Shown: positions 1-9,334, numbered from the stretch's first letter. The stretch: DNA of 64,000 nucleotides from an uncultured Gammaproteobacteria bacterium (GCA_964538435.1 CAZIDX010000006.1:11923-75922); one strand, 5' to 3'. The notes: generated by a model from the letters alone, not told the origin. Made by a program: numbers and translations.

Positions 1-1
1 C

Positions 2-544
2 GACCTGATCGTAGAGGCTCCGCAGTTTAGCGGGCTCCCAGACTTTGAGTTCCAGATCACACTACAGCGAGGCGTGCGCCGGAAGATGCGCGCATTCGCA
101 CTGGCAGCACTCACGGCCCAGGAACGTGGTGTGAGGGTGTACCTTGAGGTCTGGGCGAGCAGATGGAAGAAGCTGCGTGACATTGCTCGGCGTGTGGCGC
201 ATGCCATCCGCGACATCACGCGCTTTCGCAAGTTCAACGAGGATCGCTTGCTCGGCGTGCGTCTGCGCGCAGGCCGGAGCGTTCGTGGGCAAAAACTCGA
301 AACCTTTTCGATCATGCACCTGGTTGGTGACTGGGTGCGAGAAAAGCTCGAGGAGCGGCGCTTGATCACACAGGAGAAGGCTCGGCTTGAAGCAGAAGAG
401 CGGCTTCGCGCGCAAAAGCTTCGCCGGAACTTCCCTGCTCCGTCCCGAGGTCCACTGAGCCCCATGGACATCCCCATCCATCGCAGGTGGTTTGTGCCGC
501 GCTGCCACCCCAGGATGCACATGCCGATTCGCCAGCCTCGATAG
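2..544 (+). CDS. Partial (5'-truncated by window) hypothetical basic protein, GC-rich
   Basis: ORF 74..544 starts with GTG but the frame stays open back to position 2. About 58% GC. Ends at a strong hairpin terminator. No recognisable domain. Confidence 0.35.
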   Translation, partial: DLIVEAPQFSGLPDFEFQITLQRGVRRKMRAFALAALTAQERGVRVYLEVWASRWKKLRDIARRVAHAIRDITRFRKFNEDRLLGVRLRAGRSVRGQKLETFSIMHLVGDWVREKLEERRLITQEKARLEAEERLRAQKLRRNFPAPSRGPLSPMDIPIHRRWFVPRCHPRMHMPIRQPR

Positions 545-552
545 GCAAACGC

Positions 553-582
553 AAAGAGACCCCGCAAGGTCTCTTTTCTAAT
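553..582. terminator. Bidirectional rho-independent terminator between the convergent upstream gene and efp
   Basis: Hairpin aaagagacc-ccgcaa-ggtctcttt followed by a T-run; AT-rich on the other side. Confidence 0.6.
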
Positions 583-585
583 TAT

Positions 586-1152
586 CTATTTTGAAATACG
601 CTCTGAGTACTCGCCTGTGTCTGTGTTTACTGTGATCTCGTCGCCTTGGTTGATGAATGCTGGGACTTTTACTTTGAGTCCGTTATCGAGCTCAGCGTCT
701 TTGTACACATTCCCTGATGCAGTGTCCCCTTTTACAGCTGGTTCTGTGTACGTGACTGCGTACTGAATTTTCATTGGGAGCACAACTGCCATTGCTCGCC
801 CATCATGCATCATGACTTTCACACCGAGGCCTTCTTTGAGGTATGGGACTTCTTCTTTTACATCTTCCGCAGCGATTGGAACCTGCTCGTATGTGACGGT
901 GTCCATGAATGTGTAGAGGTGCCCGTCATTGAACAGATATTGCATGTTCTTGTGCATGACATCTTCAAAGATCAGTTGCTCTGAGGACTTGAGATTCTCT
1001 TCATTTACTTTTCCGTTCTTGAGATTCTTCATTTTCGTTCGAACAAATGACGATCCTTTTCCTGGGCTCACGCGCTGGAAGTCTACAACGATCCAGAGGT
1101 CTCCATTTCGATTGATCACGGTTCCTTTCTTAATATCATTTGGGCTTGGCAT
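586..1152 (-). CDS. efp: Elongation factor P
   Basis: 188 aa. The N-terminus and the PGKG loop (SPGKGSSFVRTKMKN) are typical of EF-P, as is the three-domain length. The loop carries a Lys in the modification position. Confidence 0.92.
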   Translation of the reverse strand: MPSPNDIKKGTVINRNGDLWIVVDFQRVSPGKGSSFVRTKMKNLKNGKVNEENLKSSEQLIFEDVMHKNMQYLFNDGHLYTFMDTVTYEQVPIAAEDVKEEVPYLKEGLGVKVMMHDGRAMAVVLPMKIQYAVTYTEPAVKGDTASGNVYKDAELDNGLKVKVPAFINQGDEITVNTDTGEYSERISK

Positions 1153-1161
1153 AAATACGTT

Positions 1162-2127
1162 TTATGTAAAAAGTTCTGATGCTGGAAACAGGAGCACATC
1201 ATTGATTGAAGCGCGCCCTGTAAGCACCATGTGGAGCCTGTCGATTCCAAGTGCATTTCCAAACGTTGGATTCTGAATCGATCCTAGCAGCTTAAGAAGC
1301 GTTTCGTCAATTGGAAACATGGTTTTTCCGAGCTCTTTTCGCTCTTTGGCCTCTTGATCGAATCTTGCGCGCTGCTCAGTTGGGTCCGTGAGCTCTGTAA
1401 ATCCATTGCAGAGCTCGAGTCCGTTCATGTAGAGCTCAAAGCGCTGACCAAAGTTTCCGTCAGGCGTGAGTGCTGCAAGCGCGGCTTGGTACTTGGGATA
1501 GTCATAGACAAAAATGTTTTTCCCTTTGAAGCACGGTTCGATCTTTGCAAGAAAGAGCCTGTAGAAGAGATCGCTCTCTGTATCATTTTCCTCAGTGTTG
1601 ATCTCCAGTCGCGCGCACGCATCACGCAAAGCGCTCTTGGTGGCGCTTTGCAGATCAATATCAGCATGCTGGAGGAATAGTTCTTGAAGGGTTTTTCGCT
1701 CAAAACCACCTGGAATATCAACATGTAGAGCCTTTGCGCAGCGGCGGATAATCTCTTCAGTCTGGTCCATGCATACGTGGTAGTCGTCTCCCTGTTGGTA
1801 CCACTCGAGCATTGAAAACTCTGGGTTGTGCTCTCCACCCATGCTTTCCATGTTGCGGAATACCTTTGTGATTGTGAACGTGCGCTGCAGACCAAGACCG
1901 AGGAGTTTTTTCATGGAGTACTCAGGGGATGTGATCAGCCCACTTAGAAACTCCTGGCCCGCTGGTTCTATCACCTTTGTCTCGAATGGAAACAGATTAG
2001 GCTCCATGCCGGGCGATGCGACCAAAAGAGGGGTCTCAACTTCAACTGAACCTAGCTCTGAGAGATAAGTTCGTATGGTGTTGTTAATTGTCTCGCGCTC
2101 TTTTGCGATCTGCTGAACGTTTTTCAT
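1162..2127 (-). CDS. epmA: EF-P lysyl-transferase-like class II aminoacyl-tRNA synthetase paralog (EpmA/PoxA/GenX-like)
   Basis: Class II aaRS core motifs are present (FRNMESMGGEHNPEFSMLEWY; GNALGIDRLHMVLTG). About 320 aa with no anticodon-binding domain. Lies next to efp. Start refined to ATG at 2127 (MKNVQQ...), because the longer track ORF would overlap rpsR. Confidence 0.65.
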   Translation of the reverse strand: MKNVQQIAKERETINNTIRTYLSELGSVEVETPLLVASPGMEPNLFPFETKVIEPAGQEFLSGLITSPEYSMKKLLGLGLQRTFTITKVFRNMESMGGEHNPEFSMLEWYQQGDDYHVCMDQTEEIIRRCAKALHVDIPGGFERKTLQELFLQHADIDLQSATKSALRDACARLEINTEENDTESDLFYRLFLAKIEPCFKGKNIFVYDYPKYQAALAALTPDGNFGQRFELYMNGLELCNGFTELTDPTEQRARFDQEAKERKELGKTMFPIDETLLKLLGSIQNPTFGNALGIDRLHMVLTGRASINDVLLFPASELFT

Positions 2128-2162
2128 AATCAAAAAGACGGGATCTCTCCCGCCTTTCACTT

Positions 2163-2393
2163 TTACCTTTGTACGAATGGAAGAAGAGCCATGACTCGTG
2201 CTCGCTTGATTGCATTTGAGAGCTTTCTCTGATGCTCCATGCAAACGCCTGAGCGCTTTCGTGGAACAATCTTTGCAAACGAGGAGATGTATCGGCGCAG
2301 TGTCCCCACATCCTTGTAGTCGATGTGGTTTGTGTTTGAGTAGCAGAAGTAACACTGCTTGTTCTTCTTTGTTTGTGGCTTATTGTTTCGCAT
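2163..2393 (-). CDS. rpsR: 30S ribosomal protein S18
   Basis: 76 aa with CYFC...IDYKD...LRRYIS...AIKRAR motifs. Sits in the rpsF-ssb-rpsR arrangement. Confidence 0.85.
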   Translation of the reverse strand: MRNNKPQTKKNKQCYFCYSNTNHIDYKDVGTLRRYISSFAKIVPRKRSGVCMEHQRKLSNAIKRARVMALLPFVQR

Positions 2394-2401
2394 ACTTGTT
2401 T

Positions 2402-2881
2402 TTAGAATGGGATGTCCTCAACTTTGATCTCGTCATCTGCATTCACAGCTGGATCGTCCTGCGTCGGAGGCTGTGGAGGAGTGAATCCGCCACCTTGATT
2501 TCCAAATGGTGCTGGCGCTGCTGCTGGAGCTGCTGTGCCACCTCCACCAGGTCGGCGATCTAGGATGATCATATTTTCTGCAACGATTTCTGTTCGGTAT
2601 CGCTTCACACCGTCTTGACCGTCCCAATCACGTGTCTGCAAACGTCCATCAATGTAGACCTTGCGTCCTTTGGTGAGGTACTGGCCACAGATCTCTGCAA
2701 GTTTGCCCCAAGCCACGATGTTGTGGAACTCAGATGCTTCCTGCTTTTGCCCATCAGCACTTTGCCATGAGCGGTTGGTTGCAACAGAGAAGTTGCATAC
2801 CTGCTGACCAGATGGGGTCTGCCGCATTTCTGGGTCCCTGGTCATGTTTCCGATGATCATTGCCTTGTTGAGTGAGTACAT
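2402..2881 (-). CDS. ssb: Single-stranded DNA-binding protein
   Basis: N-terminal OB fold ([14 protein letters not shown]), a Gly/Pro-rich linker and the canonical acidic tail [11 protein letters not shown]. Confidence 0.9.
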   Translation of the reverse strand: MYSLNKAMIIGNMTRDPEMRQTPSGQQVCNFSVATNRSWQSADGQKQEASEFHNIVAWGKLAEICGQYLTKGRKVYIDGRLQTRDWDGQDGVKRYRTEIVAENMIILDRRPGGGGTAAPAAAPAPFGNQGGGFTPPQPPTQDDPAVNADDEIKVEDIPF

Positions 2882-2892
2882 AATCCCTAATG

Positions 2893-3489
2893 TTAAATGT
2901 TATCTCCAATGTCTCCTTCGAGAATCTTGTCGAGTTGCTGATCGAGCTCTTGCATCGTCATCTTTGACTCTTCAGCTGTCTTTTCTGCTGGAGCTGGAGG
3001 GGCGATTGCCTCTGCCTTTTCTTCAGCAGGTTTTTCCTCAACAACTTTCTCCTCAACCTTTTCAGGGGCTGGGGTTGCCACTGGAGCTGGAGCTGGTTTT
3101 GTATCCTTGATTGGTGTCTCTTTTGCTTTAGGGGTTGCGCGCTTTCCTTCTGGTGTCAGAGGGGCTACGTAATCTGAGATCTCGAACTGAGCTTCCTCAA
3201 CTCCTTCAGGTCGATCAACAATTGTGTGTCTGAGGACCTCATCTGAGAGTCGGAGGAGTCGGTCGAGCTCTGCGATCTCACTTCCGTCTGCGTCAAAGTA
3301 GACGAGGATGTAAGATCCGTGCTGGACCTTGTTAATGGTGTAGGCGAGTTTGATCTTTCCGAGAATTTCATTTCGGATGATCTTCCCACCAGTCTTCTCG
3401 ACGAGCGCAGCGATCTGTTCTTGGATCGAACTGATTTCTGTATCAGTGTATTGCGCTGGTACGATGTAGAGAAGTTCGTACTTTTGCAT
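2893..3489 (-). CDS. rpsF: 30S ribosomal protein S6 with a long Pro/Ala/Glu/Lys-rich C-terminal extension
   Basis: The N-terminal 100 aa are S6-like (MQKYELLYIV...). First gene of the S6-SSB-S18 operon. The C-terminal ~90 aa are low-complexity. Confidence 0.85.
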   Translation of the reverse strand: MQKYELLYIVPAQYTDTEISSIQEQIAALVEKTGGKIIRNEILGKIKLAYTINKVQHGSYILVYFDADGSEIAELDRLLRLSDEVLRHTIVDRPEGVEEAQFEISDYVAPLTPEGKRATPKAKETPIKDTKPAPAPVATPAPEKVEEKVVEEKPAEEKAEAIAPPAPAEKTAEESKMTMQELDQQLDKILEGDIGDNI

Positions 3490-3548
3490 AATTTCTGGCC
3501 TGATTTCTCTTCAGGCAATCCATATTTGGACTATGGACAGATTAGTTT

Positions 3549-3562
3549 ATTAGCGCGCTAAT
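3549..3562. promoter_or_regulatory. Perfect 14-bp palindrome ATTAGCGCGCTAAT in the divergent promoter region between rpsF and the methyltransferase gene; candidate operator
   Basis: Perfect dyad symmetry read directly from the sequence, inside a 122-bp divergent intergenic region. Confidence 0.3.
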
Positions 3563-3611
3563 CCTAGCGATGTTTGGTAAAAAAGTCAAGATTGGGGCAC
3601 AATAGGTCTAT

Positions 3612-4784
3612 ATGATTTATGTTATCTCTGGCGCACAGCCTGAACTGACTCGAAAAGAGCTTGAATCCGTGCTCAAAACCGACCTTTCAGACAGCTTTGA
3701 TTCTGGTTCGGTTCTTTTGCTGGATATTGAAACAAAGAACCTAACCTTCTTGCAAGACAGGCTTGCTGGCATTGTGAAAATTGGCCATGTGATTGGGGAA
3801 CTTGATGAGTGGGACGAGAACGCAGCTGCAGAACTTATTGCTGCGAGCGCGAGTGGTGCCATGGGAAAGAACAAGATTAGTTTTGGGATCAGTGTGTATG
3901 ATCTTGGAAACAGCAAGCGCACGCGAGAGCTTGAGGGTGAGATTGATTCGCTTGGCGGTTCTGTGAAACGCTTCTTAAAAGAGAGCGGTCGGCCTGTTCG
4001 CTATGTGACGAGCAAGGAACCTCGTCTGTCATCAGCTATTGTGGAAACAAATGGACTGCTCCTCTCAGGTGGAGAGTATGTGCTCTTGGTTGGGCCTGAC
4101 TCGATCTTGATTGGGCAGACAGAAGCGGTGCAGGATTTTAAAGCGTGGGGAGATCGCGACTATGGACGACCCAAGCGAGACAAACGCTCTGGCATGCTTC
4201 CACCAAAACTTGCGCGGATGATGATCAACCTTTCTGGTATTGAGCCTGAGGGGCATTCCATTATGGATCCGTTTTGTGGATCTGGTACCGTGCTTATGGA
4301 AGCGCAGCTGATGGGGTTTGAAAAGATTGTTGGGAGCGACATCTCAGAGAGAGCCACAGCAGATACAAAGAAGAACATGAATTGGATGACACGGCACTTT
4401 GAGCTTGCGCCTCCAGACCTTGAGCTCTTTACCACACCGGCAGCAACGCTTGTAGAGCAGTATTCTGAGCCAGTGGATGTGATTGTTGCAGAGGTGTTCC
4501 TTGGAACTCCGCGTGTGAGAACGATTGAAAAGGATGAGGCAGCGTCGATTAGGACAGAGCTTATGGGGATGTTTGAAGAATCGTTTGAAGGACTCAAGAC
4601 GTTTTTCAAAGACGAGACCATGGCTGTGGTTGCGTTCCCGGCATACAAGCAAACAGACGGGAACTGGTATCGGCTGCCTATTGGGGAAATGCTTGAGAAG
4701 CTTGGATTCAACGTAACAGATAATGTTCTATATTTCCGTGACAAGCAGTTTGTTGCGCGAGATATCTATACCTTCACAAAATAA
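3612..4784 (+). CDS. Putative SAM-dependent RNA (guanine-N2) methyltransferase, UPF0020/RlmL/Trm11-like
   Basis: Motif I DPFCGSGTVLMEA followed by an acidic residue is typical of the N2-G/N6-A amino-methyltransferase family. 390 aa. Confidence 0.55.
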   Translation: MIYVISGAQPELTRKELESVLKTDLSDSFDSGSVLLLDIETKNLTFLQDRLAGIVKIGHVIGELDEWDENAAAELIAASASGAMGKNKISFGISVYDLGNSKRTRELEGEIDSLGGSVKRFLKESGRPVRYVTSKEPRLSSAIVETNGLLLSGGEYVLLVGPDSILIGQTEAVQDFKAWGDRDYGRPKRDKRSGMLPPKLARMMINLSGIEPEGHSIMDPFCGSGTVLMEAQLMGFEKIVGSDISERATADTKKNMNWMTRHFELAPPDLELFTTPAATLVEQYSEPVDVIVAEVFLGTPRVRTIEKDEAASIRTELMGMFEESFEGLKTFFKDETMAVVAFPAYKQTDGNWYRLPIGEMLEKLGFNVTDNVLYFRDKQFVARDIYTFTK

Positions 4785-4824
4785 TCAAAAAACTCGAGTG
4801 TACTGCTCGAGTTTTTGGTTTGGT

Positions 4825-5901
4825 TTAGGTGCTGATGCGGAAGTGGCAGACGTCGCCGTCTTGCACTACGTAGTCTTTTCCTTCGATACGCTGCTTTCCT
4901 GCGTCGCGAGCTCCAACTTCTCCACCGAGCTCAACAAAATCTTTGTACTCGATCACTTCTGCTCGGATGAATCCTTTTTCAAAGTCTGTATGAATCACTC
5001 CTGCAGCCTCTGGTGCTGCTGCTCCGCGCGGGACGGTCCAGGCTCGGGTTTCTTTTTCTCCAGTTGTTAGGTAGGTGATGAGGTCGAGGAGCTCGTAACA
5101 TTTTTTGATCAAACGATTTAATCCTGATCGCTCGAGCCCGAGCTCTTTGAGGAACTCGGTTTGCTCATCAGAACTCATCTCTGCGATCTCGCTTTCGAGC
5201 TTTACGCTCACAGGGATTGCCATGCGCTCTGCTCCCAGTGGGCTGGTCCAGGCTTTGTCTACTGCGGCTTCCTCGTCAACGTTTACGATGTAGAGGATTG
5301 GCTTGTTTGTGAGAAGGTTTACTTCGCGAACAAGTTTTTTCTCTTCGTCTGTGAGCTCAACGAGATTTGCCATCTTCCCCTGCTCGAGAACCTCGAGCCA
5401 GCGTGTGAGTATTGATTCTTCTGCTTCTAGTTCTTTTGTTTTTCCTGATTTCATTTTTCCATGAACGCTCTCGAGTCTTTTGCTGACTGTGCTCATGTCT
5501 GCCATAGCCAGCTCGATCTCGATTGTCTCCACATCGCTTGCTGGATCGATCTTTGCTTCTACGTGATGCACGTTCTCGTCGTGGAAGGCACGGACGACGT
5601 GTACGATCATGTCTACTTCTCGGATGTTGGCTAGGAATTTATTTCCAAGTCCCTCGCCTTTGTGCGCGCCTTTGACGAGACCTGCGATGTCCACGAACTC
5701 GATTGCTGTTGGGATGGTTTTTTCTGATTTTGACATCTCTGCGAGCACTGCTAGACGCTCGTCTGGCACCTCAACAACACCGACATTTGGTTCGATGGTG
5801 CAGAACGGAAAGTTCTCGCAGTCTACCTGCTTTTTTGTGAGTGTTTTAAACAATGTGGACTTTCCCACGTTTGGGAGCCCTACGATTCCAACTTGTAACA
5901 T
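4825..5901 (-). CDS. ychF: Ribosome-binding ATPase YchF (Obg-family GTPase)
   Basis: G1 motif [12 protein letters not shown] plus FCTIEPNVG and a TGS-like C-terminus. Start refined to ATG at 5901 (MLQVGIVG...). Confidence 0.85.
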   Translation of the reverse strand: MLQVGIVGLPNVGKSTLFKTLTKKQVDCENFPFCTIEPNVGVVEVPDERLAVLAEMSKSEKTIPTAIEFVDIAGLVKGAHKGEGLGNKFLANIREVDMIVHVVRAFHDENVHHVEAKIDPASDVETIEIELAMADMSTVSKRLESVHGKMKSGKTKELEAEESILTRWLEVLEQGKMANLVELTDEEKKLVREVNLLTNKPILYIVNVDEEAAVDKAWTSPLGAERMAIPVSVKLESEIAEMSSDEQTEFLKELGLERSGLNRLIKKCYELLDLITYLTTGEKETRAWTVPRGAAAPEAAGVIHTDFEKGFIRAEVIEYKDFVELGGEVGARDAGKQRIEGKDYVVQDGDVCHFRIST

Positions 5902-6189
5902 ACGCGGCTGAGTATAGCCGAGAAAGCCCGCTGTGTCGAGATTGGGAATGGAGAAACTCTTGGATTGAAACCTGTTCGCAAGAGATAAAAAGTGACTCAA
6001 AACTCTCACCATGGTGAGGGATTTGAGTCACTTTGCCTTAATCAGCCTTTAAATTCTTTGATTTTCTTTGACTTTAGAACGCTCGACTTTTTTCAGACAA
6101 AATAAAAACCTCGGCACAAGCGGATGCACCCAGGGGAGAAACTGTTCTTGTTTTTAGGGTACGTGCACCTTGACCGCCTGTCAAGTCAT

Positions 6190-6230
6190 GAGAAAAGCCC
6201 ACCATCTAGGCGGGCTGCGTGAAGCTTGAT
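6190..6230. repeat. Terminator-promoter module, family member 1 (GAAAAGCCC-hairpin-GCGTGAAGCTTGA)
   Basis: Hairpin gcccgcc/ggtgggc followed by TTTTC in minus orientation, with a TTGACA box just beyond. Shares its flank sequence with the copies at 8350, 10269, 36985 and 50839. Confidence 0.5.
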
Positions 6231-6233
6231 ACG

Positions 6234-7379
6234 TCAGAGCTTTCTGATCTGTTCGAGCATCTTTTTCATTCTGTGCTCGAACGGGATGTTTTGCGGTGTG
6301 TTGGTGAACACCAGATACTCCCCAAAGTGATCACGTTTGATCACAGATTCGAGGCGAGCGACCTTTTGTCGAGCTGACCATTGCACTTTGAGTACGTCAG
6401 CGATCTGATCTGGGCGCAGGTGACGCTTGTGCAGGAACCGCCGCGCATCTTCATCCCCTTGGACACGAACCACGATGACGCGGTTGTTGACCAGACCCAT
6501 CATGTCCATCTCAACGAGCTGAGCCCACTCGAGAATCGCGACTCCGCGCAACCCCTTGAGCCTTGCTCGGAGCAGGCGCATGACATGTGGCTTGGTGATC
6601 TCTTCGAGCTGAGCGCGACGCTCGTCTGCCTGGGCTGAGCCAAACAGTCGTTGGCGCATGAGCGCTCGGTCAAGCACGTCATCCACGAGCACGTCCGCAC
6701 CCAGAAGCTCTGCGATGCGCTGCCTGGCCAACTTGGCGCCATGTGTCTGCTCGGCATAGAGATCGTGCACGAGCTTATCCACGTTGATGTGAGTGCCGCC
6801 CAGTTGCGAAGCTAGGCGCTCGGCCACGTAGCTCTTGCCAGTTGCGATGCCGCCAGTGATACCGATCAGGGTGAGGTTATGGATCCGCTGCTCGAGCGCA
6901 ACCTTGACGTGCAAGGGAACGAACTCAGACACATCGATCCCGATCTCTACAAAGCCTTTGACCTGGCTTGAGGAGACGTACTTGAGCTCCTGGCGGGCAG
7001 GGATGTACTCGACGCAGTCCCCATACCCCTGAAGGACCATGTTGTTGAGACCCTTCTGCTCTTCCTCGTAACCCTCATCGACATCGTTTCGCACGCCACG
7101 GAAGACCACATCGATCCCCAGACGCAGGAACTCGTCCACGAGCAGGCCGCTTGAGGAGATGACGAAGATACCAAACTCATCCTTGAGAGCTTCGGCAGCC
7201 ATATGCATGCGCTCATCGAGTGTGAACATGTAGCGACCGATCTTGGTCTCGCTGTTCATGATGACCACAAAGAGGGTCTTGCAGCGCGCCTTGGCCTTGC
7301 GGATCACATCGATATGACCGTTGGTGATGGGGTCGCCGCTGATGGGCACCATTCCTCTCTCGAACGTGAACGTGGGCAT
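6234..7379 (-). CDS. Bifunctional phosphopantetheine adenylyltransferase / dephospho-CoA kinase (CoaD-CoaE fusion)
   Basis: N-terminal PPAT signature ISGDPITNGHIDVIRKA. C-terminal half has the DPCK P-loop IGITGGIATGKSYVAERLA. Start set to ATG at 7379, preceded by GGGAGG. About 58% GC. Confidence 0.8.
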   Translation of the reverse strand: MPTFTFERGMVPISGDPITNGHIDVIRKAKARCKTLFVVIMNSETKIGRYMFTLDERMHMAAEALKDEFGIFVISSSGLLVDEFLRLGIDVVFRGVRNDVDEGYEEEQKGLNNMVLQGYGDCVEYIPARQELKYVSSSQVKGFVEIGIDVSEFVPLHVKVALEQRIHNLTLIGITGGIATGKSYVAERLASQLGGTHINVDKLVHDLYAEQTHGAKLARQRIAELLGADVLVDDVLDRALMRQRLFGSAQADERRAQLEEITKPHVMRLLRARLKGLRGVAILEWAQLVEMDMMGLVNNRVIVVRVQGDEDARRFLHKRHLRPDQIADVLKVQWSARQKVARLESVIKRDHFGEYLVFTNTPQNIPFEHRMKKMLEQIRKL

Positions 7380-7460
7380 TTCGCCTCCCAAGGTTTTGAG
7401 TTCACCAGATCGGGAGCATAGGCCAAAAAGACAGTTTTGTCAATAGAAATACTCCGGTTT

Positions 7461-8270
7461 TTAGCCGGAGTCGTTGAGGAGATCCTTCTGGGGAACACGA
7501 GGACTTCTCATGAGCGAGGGAAAACGCTCGGTGATGCGCAGTTGCTTCGCAATCTTCTGGTGGCTGATCGAGGCAACCTCACCCAAGATCTCTTTGTCGA
7601 CCTCGGCGACGATTGCGATCACCTGCTCGTACAGCGCTTTTGAGATCACATTGTTTGACTTGCATCCGCCGAGCATGACGGAGATAAAGTTGATACCTCC
7701 ATCTGTTCGCCTCTGGAGCGTGAGCTTGTGTGGGATACTTGCTGCCTTGTCCCAAACAAGAACAGGGGCATCCTCGATCTTTTGCTCGTCTTTGATCTCG
7801 AAGCTATGATCAAAATCGATGAAGAGCGGCTCGATGCGATGCGAGCTCCAAACCTTGCGCTTGAGGTAGTCGAGGAAGGCGAAGCGGAGCGCTTTACGCA
7901 CAAAGACATCGAGTTCTTCTTGGGTGGGAAAGCCTTCCATCACGCGGCGGAGGCCATCAACTTCCTGAAGGAGGTTTCTCTGAATGAATGCTACAGGCAC
8001 ACCCAAGGTTGGTGCGGGCGTCTCTTGCGCGTGCGAGACTTCGACTTGACCGCCCTCACCCACCTGGAAGAGGTACTCCCCTTCACCGAGCCCAGGCAGG
8101 AGTCCATTGTACATGAATCCGATGAGCCATCTCCACTGCTCGAGCTCCATGGGAGCCGAGCACTCGAAGTGCTGCTTGACCTGCTCTTCTTCGGTGTAGC
8201 AGGAGATACGAAACCAGAACTCGAGCTGGTCGACATCGAACGGAGGTCCGAAGTTCACGTCCTTGGACAT
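7461..8270 (-). CDS. Hypothetical protein, paralog family member A1 (269 aa)
   Basis: Paralog of 9433..10188. Shared blocks include FxVDQLEFWF, RFECSxPM, NGxLPGLGxGEY, ALRFAFLDYLxRxVWSxHRIEPLF and KLTLxRRxDGGIxxxSVMLxGCKS. Has its own promoter and terminator. Confidence 0.6.
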   Translation of the reverse strand: MSKDVNFGPPFDVDQLEFWFRISCYTEEEQVKQHFECSAPMELEQWRWLIGFMYNGLLPGLGEGEYLFQVGEGGQVEVSHAQETPAPTLGVPVAFIQRNLLQEVDGLRRVMEGFPTQEELDVFVRKALRFAFLDYLKRKVWSSHRIEPLFIDFDHSFEIKDEQKIEDAPVLVWDKAASIPHKLTLQRRTDGGINFISVMLGGCKSNNVISKALYEQVIAIVAEVDKEILGEVASISHQKIAKQLRITERFPSLMRSPRVPQKDLLNDSG

Positions 8271-8310
8271 GAATCACTTGATTCCTTTATGGCACTTGGT
8301 CGCTGCCGGG

Positions 8311-8327
8311 GCCATATCCGGGAATAA
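8311..8327 (-). promoter_or_regulatory. Conserved quasi-palindromic motif CCCGGATATGGCCCCGG just downstream of the A1 promoter (candidate operator)
   Basis: One of four near-identical copies, all about 45 nt upstream of the start codon of an A or B gene. Confidence 0.5.
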
Positions 8328-8349
8328 AACTTGCGATTCGTAGTTGTTT

Positions 8350-8425
8350 TTGTCAATTCCGACGCTTCGGTCGGAATGTATTGAAAAAGCCCGACTCTGG
8401 AGAGAGGGGCTGCGTTGAGCTTGAG
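8350..8425. repeat. Terminator-promoter module, family member 2, about 85% identical to the copy at 50839..50924
   Basis: GAAAAAGCCC-hairpin-GCGTTGAGCTTGA, plus a second hairpin CCGACCGAAGCGTCGG directly abutting TTGACA on the minus strand. Confidence 0.55.
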
Positions 8426-8431
8426 ATGAGG

Positions 8432-9298
8432 CTAGGGCTTCCCCCTGCCTTCTTCCTTGTTGAAGAGACGCTCGAGGATGTCTGCGGCCTGACCAACCCC
8501 TCCGTCAGGGAAGGCAAGCATGACCTCATCAGCCACGGTTGGACGCCGCTTCTTGATGTGAGCACTCAGCCGCTCTGCGGCGCACTCGGCCAGGAACGGG
8601 CTGAACCAGCCGCTTTGGATCTGCTTGCCAGGCCTGCGATAGGCGACCAGGACCGCACGATCCTTGCCAGAACCTTCCATATCGACCAGGAGCTGCCCGG
8701 TGCTGAACACATCTTGCATGCTTGTGCTGGGCGGCTGCCCTGGGCGGCCGAGCGAGAGGATACGCTCCACTGACACTGGCTTGACCGGGATCACTGGAAG
8801 CGGGGCGTGAGGAAGCTCGGGGTCAGCGTAGGTGATGCGCCCGCCACAGCTTTCTGCTGCTCGGTGCATGCACCAGACATCTGCGACTTGCTCGGCAATG
8901 CGCTTGAAGTTCTCTAGACTGGGGAATCGGATCAGGGACACTACGAGCTCGGTGTGGAGCCCCCGCATGCTCGGCTCGATCGCTTGCATGAAGGGATCTG
9001 CACCTCCTTCGGGCATGTTGCACTCGATCGGATCGAACTGGATCTCATCGGCGCGGACCGTGATACAGAACGTTCCCATGGGGTGTGGCGCCTTCAGGCG
9101 AGTGCGCAGAGCCTTGAAGTAGCTGTTCCAGTCCATCTCGTCGGAGATGGGTGGATTGCTCTCGACTGAGACGATCACTTCACCACCCGCACCAACGAGC
9201 GTCCCGATCTTGAGAACGATCTCAAGGCTGTTTGGGCACAGTGGCGGGGAAACGGTCTCGAAGTTGACATCTGTCGAAAGGAAGGTGCGCTTGGGCAT
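8432..9298 (-). CDS. Hypothetical protein, paralog family member B1 (288 aa)
   Basis: Paralog of 10314..11105 (shared TxESNPPxxDExDW block). The N-terminal DVNFETVSPP motif is shared with the A proteins. Start refined to ATG at 9298; the 5' leader is homologous to those of A1 and A2. Confidence 0.6.
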   Translation of the reverse strand: MPKRTFLSTDVNFETVSPPLCPNSLEIVLKIGTLVGAGGEVIVSVESNPPISDEMDWNSYFKALRTRLKAPHPMGTFCITVRADEIQFDPIECNMPEGGADPFMQAIEPSMRGLHTELVVSLIRFPSLENFKRIAEQVADVWCMHRAAESCGGRITYADPELPHAPLPVIPVKPVSVERILSLGRPGQPPSTSMQDVFSTGQLLVDMEGSGKDRAVLVAYRRPGKQIQSGWFSPFLAECAAERLSAHIKKRRPTVADEVMLAFPDGGVGQAADILERLFNKEEGRGKP

Positions 9299-9334
9299 CT
9301 TGTCTTCTGGCCTTTGTGACACTTGGAGGCTTTG

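Noticed and set aside
62-520. Minus-strand ORF of 152 aa overlapping the 5' partial gene
   Set aside because: Antisense shadow ORF in GC-rich DNA. The plus-strand frame is open to the window edge and ends at a terminator. No RBS or start context.

The many short track ORFs lying antisense or out of frame inside larger supported genes (for example 929..1276, 1354..1680, 4160..4744 and the dozens inside 17468..28474) were rejected on the same shadow-ORF grounds.
8432-9322. Longer B1 reading frame starting at GTG 9322 (MSQRPEDK-)
   Set aside because: The internal ATG at 9298 sits behind a 5' leader homologous to those of A1, A2 and B2. Using the GTG would place the start inside that leader. A similar argument applies to the long B2 start (11126), which would overlap the GGAGGA ribosome-binding site.
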